This document shows, in pieces, positions 54,197 through 57,059 of a stretch of 57,059 bases of DNA. Under the pieces are notes generated by a model. The model ran no database searches, was not told where the DNA came from, and saw only the letters and a program-made list of their open reading frames with translations. The DNA is from an uncultured archaeon. Its GTDB lineage: Archaea; Asgardarchaeota; Thorarchaeia; Thorarchaeales; Thorarchaeaceae. The position numbers and the translations under genes were made by a program. Numbering within the stretch: the stretch's first letter is position 1; every line of letters begins with the position of its first letter. The stretch is taken from assembly GCA_964473825.1 (NCBI GenBank), contig CAYYQL010000016.1:1-57059 (forward strand), in the 5' to 3' direction.

Positions 54197-54332
54197 CCCA
54201 TTATCATCGGTCCGTGTCATCGCGGAATAACGGCCCTCTCAACTGAGATAACGCCTGTGTGGCTAGTGATTGGACAAATCAGAACTGTTAAATATCGAGT
54301 TAACCATGGTGAATTTCAATCGGGTGATTCTT

Positions 54333-56822
54333 GTGAAGCGCCGCGCAGTTGCAGTACTTGTCATCCTTATTGTTGGAATTGCAGCTGGAGCCTATGTCTA
54401 TCTCCAGTTGTCGAAGTCCGAGCCACCTGTTGAAATGAGAGATGTGCCCTCTTCCTCATCTCAGGCTGTTCTGGTAAACGAGGTACTCCCCAGTCAAGAT
54501 GATTCTCCAGGGTATGTGGAGCTCTACACAGACGGAGGTCTTGAGGACATCACCGGCTGGATCCTCACAACCTATGATGAGGACCGCATTGTGTTGCCCT
54601 CTCTGACCGGTGACTCCGAGTTTGTGTTTCTCCTCATCATATTTGGAGAGGGGACTGATGACCTTGATGTGAGTGACGGACAGGCGACCATCTATACGGG
54701 TGTAACGACTGAATATTTGGAGTCTCCCGGGGATGAAGTCGGACTTCATGACGATACTGGTGCTCTGGTCAGCTTCATGCGGTATGGGGGCGGAAATGGT
54801 GATCCTGTTATGGGTGATTGGCCTGATGACGAGCCGGGTGTGAACATCCCTACCGAGGAGGACCACTCCATATCACTCATGGGTAATTGTGAAGGATACT
54901 CCAGCTCATGGATATCAGCCGCCCAGACCCCGGGAGAGCCGAATGCCGAGGCCTTTACAACAACGGGGGACTTCGGCGGAGAACAGATTCTGCTGATCAA
55001 TGGCATCAGGGTCGTCGATGACTTTGACGGAATAGTACGTCCAGATGTGGGACGCGGAGAGAATGTGACAATCACTGCCGGCCCCGGTGTGAACGCATCC
55101 GTGGTTGACCTGGTGAAAGAACACATCAACTTCTCGCTGAACTTCTTCAGAGAGCATAACTTCACTGATCCTGCTACGGCAGCCGGAAATGAGATCAAGA
55201 TTCGTCTGGTGCGAAGCGGCTCATCTGAGTCAACAGGCGTGTCCAGGAGTAATGGGGAGATTGTCATCAGAGTGGGAACCAAGGCAACGAAGGAAGAACT
55301 CAAGGTGGTCGGAGAGCACGAACTGTTCCACCTCTTCCAGTTCAAGACCCGTACGGACTCACTGGGCGGCTCGTATTATCCCCTCCATGAGCCCGACTAC
55401 TGGTGGGATGAGGGTATGGCGGAGTTCTGGGGAGTCTACTCCATGCTCCGGAACTATCCAAACATGAGCATGTCGGCCTGGAATGACATGGCTCGTGCCA
55501 TCGGCTCGCTTAACTGGTTCGACCACTTCCGTGACACCAATGGGACCAGCGCATTCCACGGCTGGGATCACAGCTGGAACTCCTATATGGCATCATTTCT
55601 GTTCATCAAGTTCATCAACGAGACCTATGGGGCCGAAAAGCTTCTTGAGGTCTTCAATGCGACCAGATACTACGGACCCGGAGATGCCCGCAACGTTGAT
55701 CCGAAGGATGCTCTTGCGGCCGCGCTGAACATGACCTGGTCTGAGATATATGCGCGGTTCCTCAGCTGGCTCTTCCTTGATTCTCACCACGCTAATGGTG
55801 TCCCGATCTATACACCCCACGTTAAGTTGAACTACACTGGAGAAGCAATCGGTGATACCGTGGGAGTTCGGGGCGGCGGCGGTACTGTGATTGAGGAGGT
55901 CGAGATATCCAACAGCACTTCCTTTCGAATACAGCTCAATTACAGTGGGCCTGCTCAGAACTGGACTGCTGTAGTTCTTGTCTTTTACGAGGATGGCACG
56001 AATGCCACAATCCTGGTCCCCCTGAACAAGACAACACAGGAGGGTGAGGTCTTTATCGAGCCGGATGGGGACAAGAAGATATCTCGTGTGTGGGTGATCA
56101 AGTCGGTCACAGAGGGAGCCGCCAGCGGGCGAGTATCCATGAGGGTTGTTCCAAGCATAGAGCTGACCTACAACAACGAGACTACGGGCGACACCACCAC
56201 GGTCCAACCCGGCGAGTCTGTGTATGAGGTGGTTGATATCAACAGCACCCAGGCCTTCTCCGTATTCATGAACTGGAGTGGTGACCCCTCGCACTGGAAG
56301 ATAACCATATTGCGATTCTGGTCAGATGGGACAAATGATACATTCGTGAAAGAGATAGTGAACGGGACATGGCCGGGATATGTTATTGATCCGATAGCAG
56401 GACCCACAACCATCACTCGAATGATATTCATCAAGGAGAATGTCCTCGATACCTCTGCCAATATCACTATGATGGTGACGCCAACCACCGAGCTGCCGTC
56501 CAATGCTGATGATCCCATTCAGGCTGGCGAGAGTTATCACTGGTTTCCGGACGCATGGGACCCATATGGAGGGCTGCTTGAAGGATACATCTACATTGAG
56601 TTCGGTCTTGCCTACGACTTCATCGCAGACGAGCTTGCCGGCGACTTCTTCGGAATGGTGCTTGCCTCCAACCTCACAGTTGTGCAGGAGTTCATCGTCA
56701 CACCCAGTACTCCCACCCTTCAATTGCAGGGGTATGACACGGGACTCTATTACTTCGTGCTGTTGGAAGGACCGCCCGAGGGGCTCTTCTGGGTGGAAGT
56801 AAAACCATATGATTGGCCTTAG
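54333..56822 (+). CDS. Membrane-anchored protein: lamin-tail domain + gluzincin metallopeptidase + beta-sandwich repeats
   Basis: GTG after GGTGA; N-terminal TM; LTD motifs VLVNEV, YVELY, DITGWIL, GDEVGL, TPGEPN; HELFH...DEGMAE. Confidence 0.8.
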   Translation: MKRRAVAVLVILIVGIAAGAYVYLQLSKSEPPVEMRDVPSSSSQAVLVNEVLPSQDDSPGYVELYTDGGLEDITGWILTTYDEDRIVLPSLTGDSEFVFLLIIFGEGTDDLDVSDGQATIYTGVTTEYLESPGDEVGLHDDTGALVSFMRYGGGNGDPVMGDWPDDEPGVNIPTEEDHSISLMGNCEGYSSSWISAAQTPGEPNAEAFTTTGDFGGEQILLINGIRVVDDFDGIVRPDVGRGENVTITAGPGVNASVVDLVKEHINFSLNFFREHNFTDPATAAGNEIKIRLVRSGSSESTGVSRSNGEIVIRVGTKATKEELKVVGEHELFHLFQFKTRTDSLGGSYYPLHEPDYWWDEGMAEFWGVYSMLRNYPNMSMSAWNDMARAIGSLNWFDHFRDTNGTSAFHGWDHSWNSYMASFLFIKFINETYGAEKLLEVFNATRYYGPGDARNVDPKDALAAALNMTWSEIYARFLSWLFLDSHHANGVPIYTPHVKLNYTGEAIGDTVGVRGGGGTVIEEVEISNSTSFRIQLNYSGPAQNWTAVVLVFYEDGTNATILVPLNKTTQEGEVFIEPDGDKKISRVWVIKSVTEGAASGRVSMRVVPSIELTYNNETTGDTTTVQPGESVYEVVDINSTQAFSVFMNWSGDPSHWKITILRFWSDGTNDTFVKEIVNGTWPGYVIDPIAGPTTITRMIFIKENVLDTSANITMMVTPTTELPSNADDPIQAGESYHWFPDAWDPYGGLLEGYIYIEFGLAYDFIADELAGDFFGMVLASNLTVVQEFIVTPSTPTLQLQGYDTGLYYFVLLEGPPEGLFWVEVKPYDWP

Positions 56823-57059
56823 TCTTCATTGCAAAGACCGACATACTATCTGGGCCGTTCTTGGCGATACGGTTCGCTCTAGGTCGGACAGCAAAGAGAG
56901 GCCTCCAAAGACCGCGTTGAAACGACTCTCTGGCGTCCAAGTAACCCCGACTCACAATGAACGGTTGAGTTCGACGGCCAGACAGGCGGTTTTCTCTCGC
57001 TTGAAGAATACACTGAACGAGAGAATTATTGGTATGATGAAAAAGGCTGCCGTCTAAGG

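Noticed and set aside
56809-57057. ORF at the window end, plus the many antisense or overlapping ORFs in the track (e.g. 16693-17442, 55593-56294, 46502-47053)
   Set aside because: The overlapping ORFs are shadows of well-supported genes; the terminal ORF has no motif or RBS support

Overview
Gene-dense archaeal chromosomal segment of about 45 CDS. I found no rRNA, tRNA, CRISPR or IS element. It is most likely an Asgard archaeon (Thorarchaeia-like). That is an inference from a Rab-like small GTPase, PCI-like winged-helix domains, GGAG/GGTGA ribosome-binding sites, TATA boxes, TTG/GTG starts and Thr-linker/C-terminal-TM surface proteins. Contents in order: ferredoxin pair; a PEP-synthase/dikinase-like phosphotransferase split into stand-alone ATP-grasp and phospho-His genes beside two unknown genes; DNA-repair genes (degenerate Fpg/Nei, cluster-less MutY-like, Ogt); MFS, SDR and MBL genes; a tightly coupled four-gene operon (FG-GAP propeller/Zn-ribbon/winged-helix protein, dCache-HAMP-TPR-vWA receptor, output-less dCache-HAMP protein, arginine decarboxylase SpeA); a Rab-like GTPase whose coiled-coil tail is interrupted by an in-frame TAG; a giant beta-helix/Ig-repeat surface protein; a metal-chelate ABC operon behind a NikR-like palindrome; a Liv-type ABC plus hydrolases, atypical KAS III and acyl-CoA ligase operon; and secreted hydrolases and surface proteins. 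Best candidate for an undescribed system: the operon at 11243-18705. It looks like a kinase-free transmembrane signalling module whose Cache pockets have an acidic residue in place of the carboxylate-binding Arg, encoded together with an agmatine-producing enzyme. All assignments are by eye from motifs; no searches were run.
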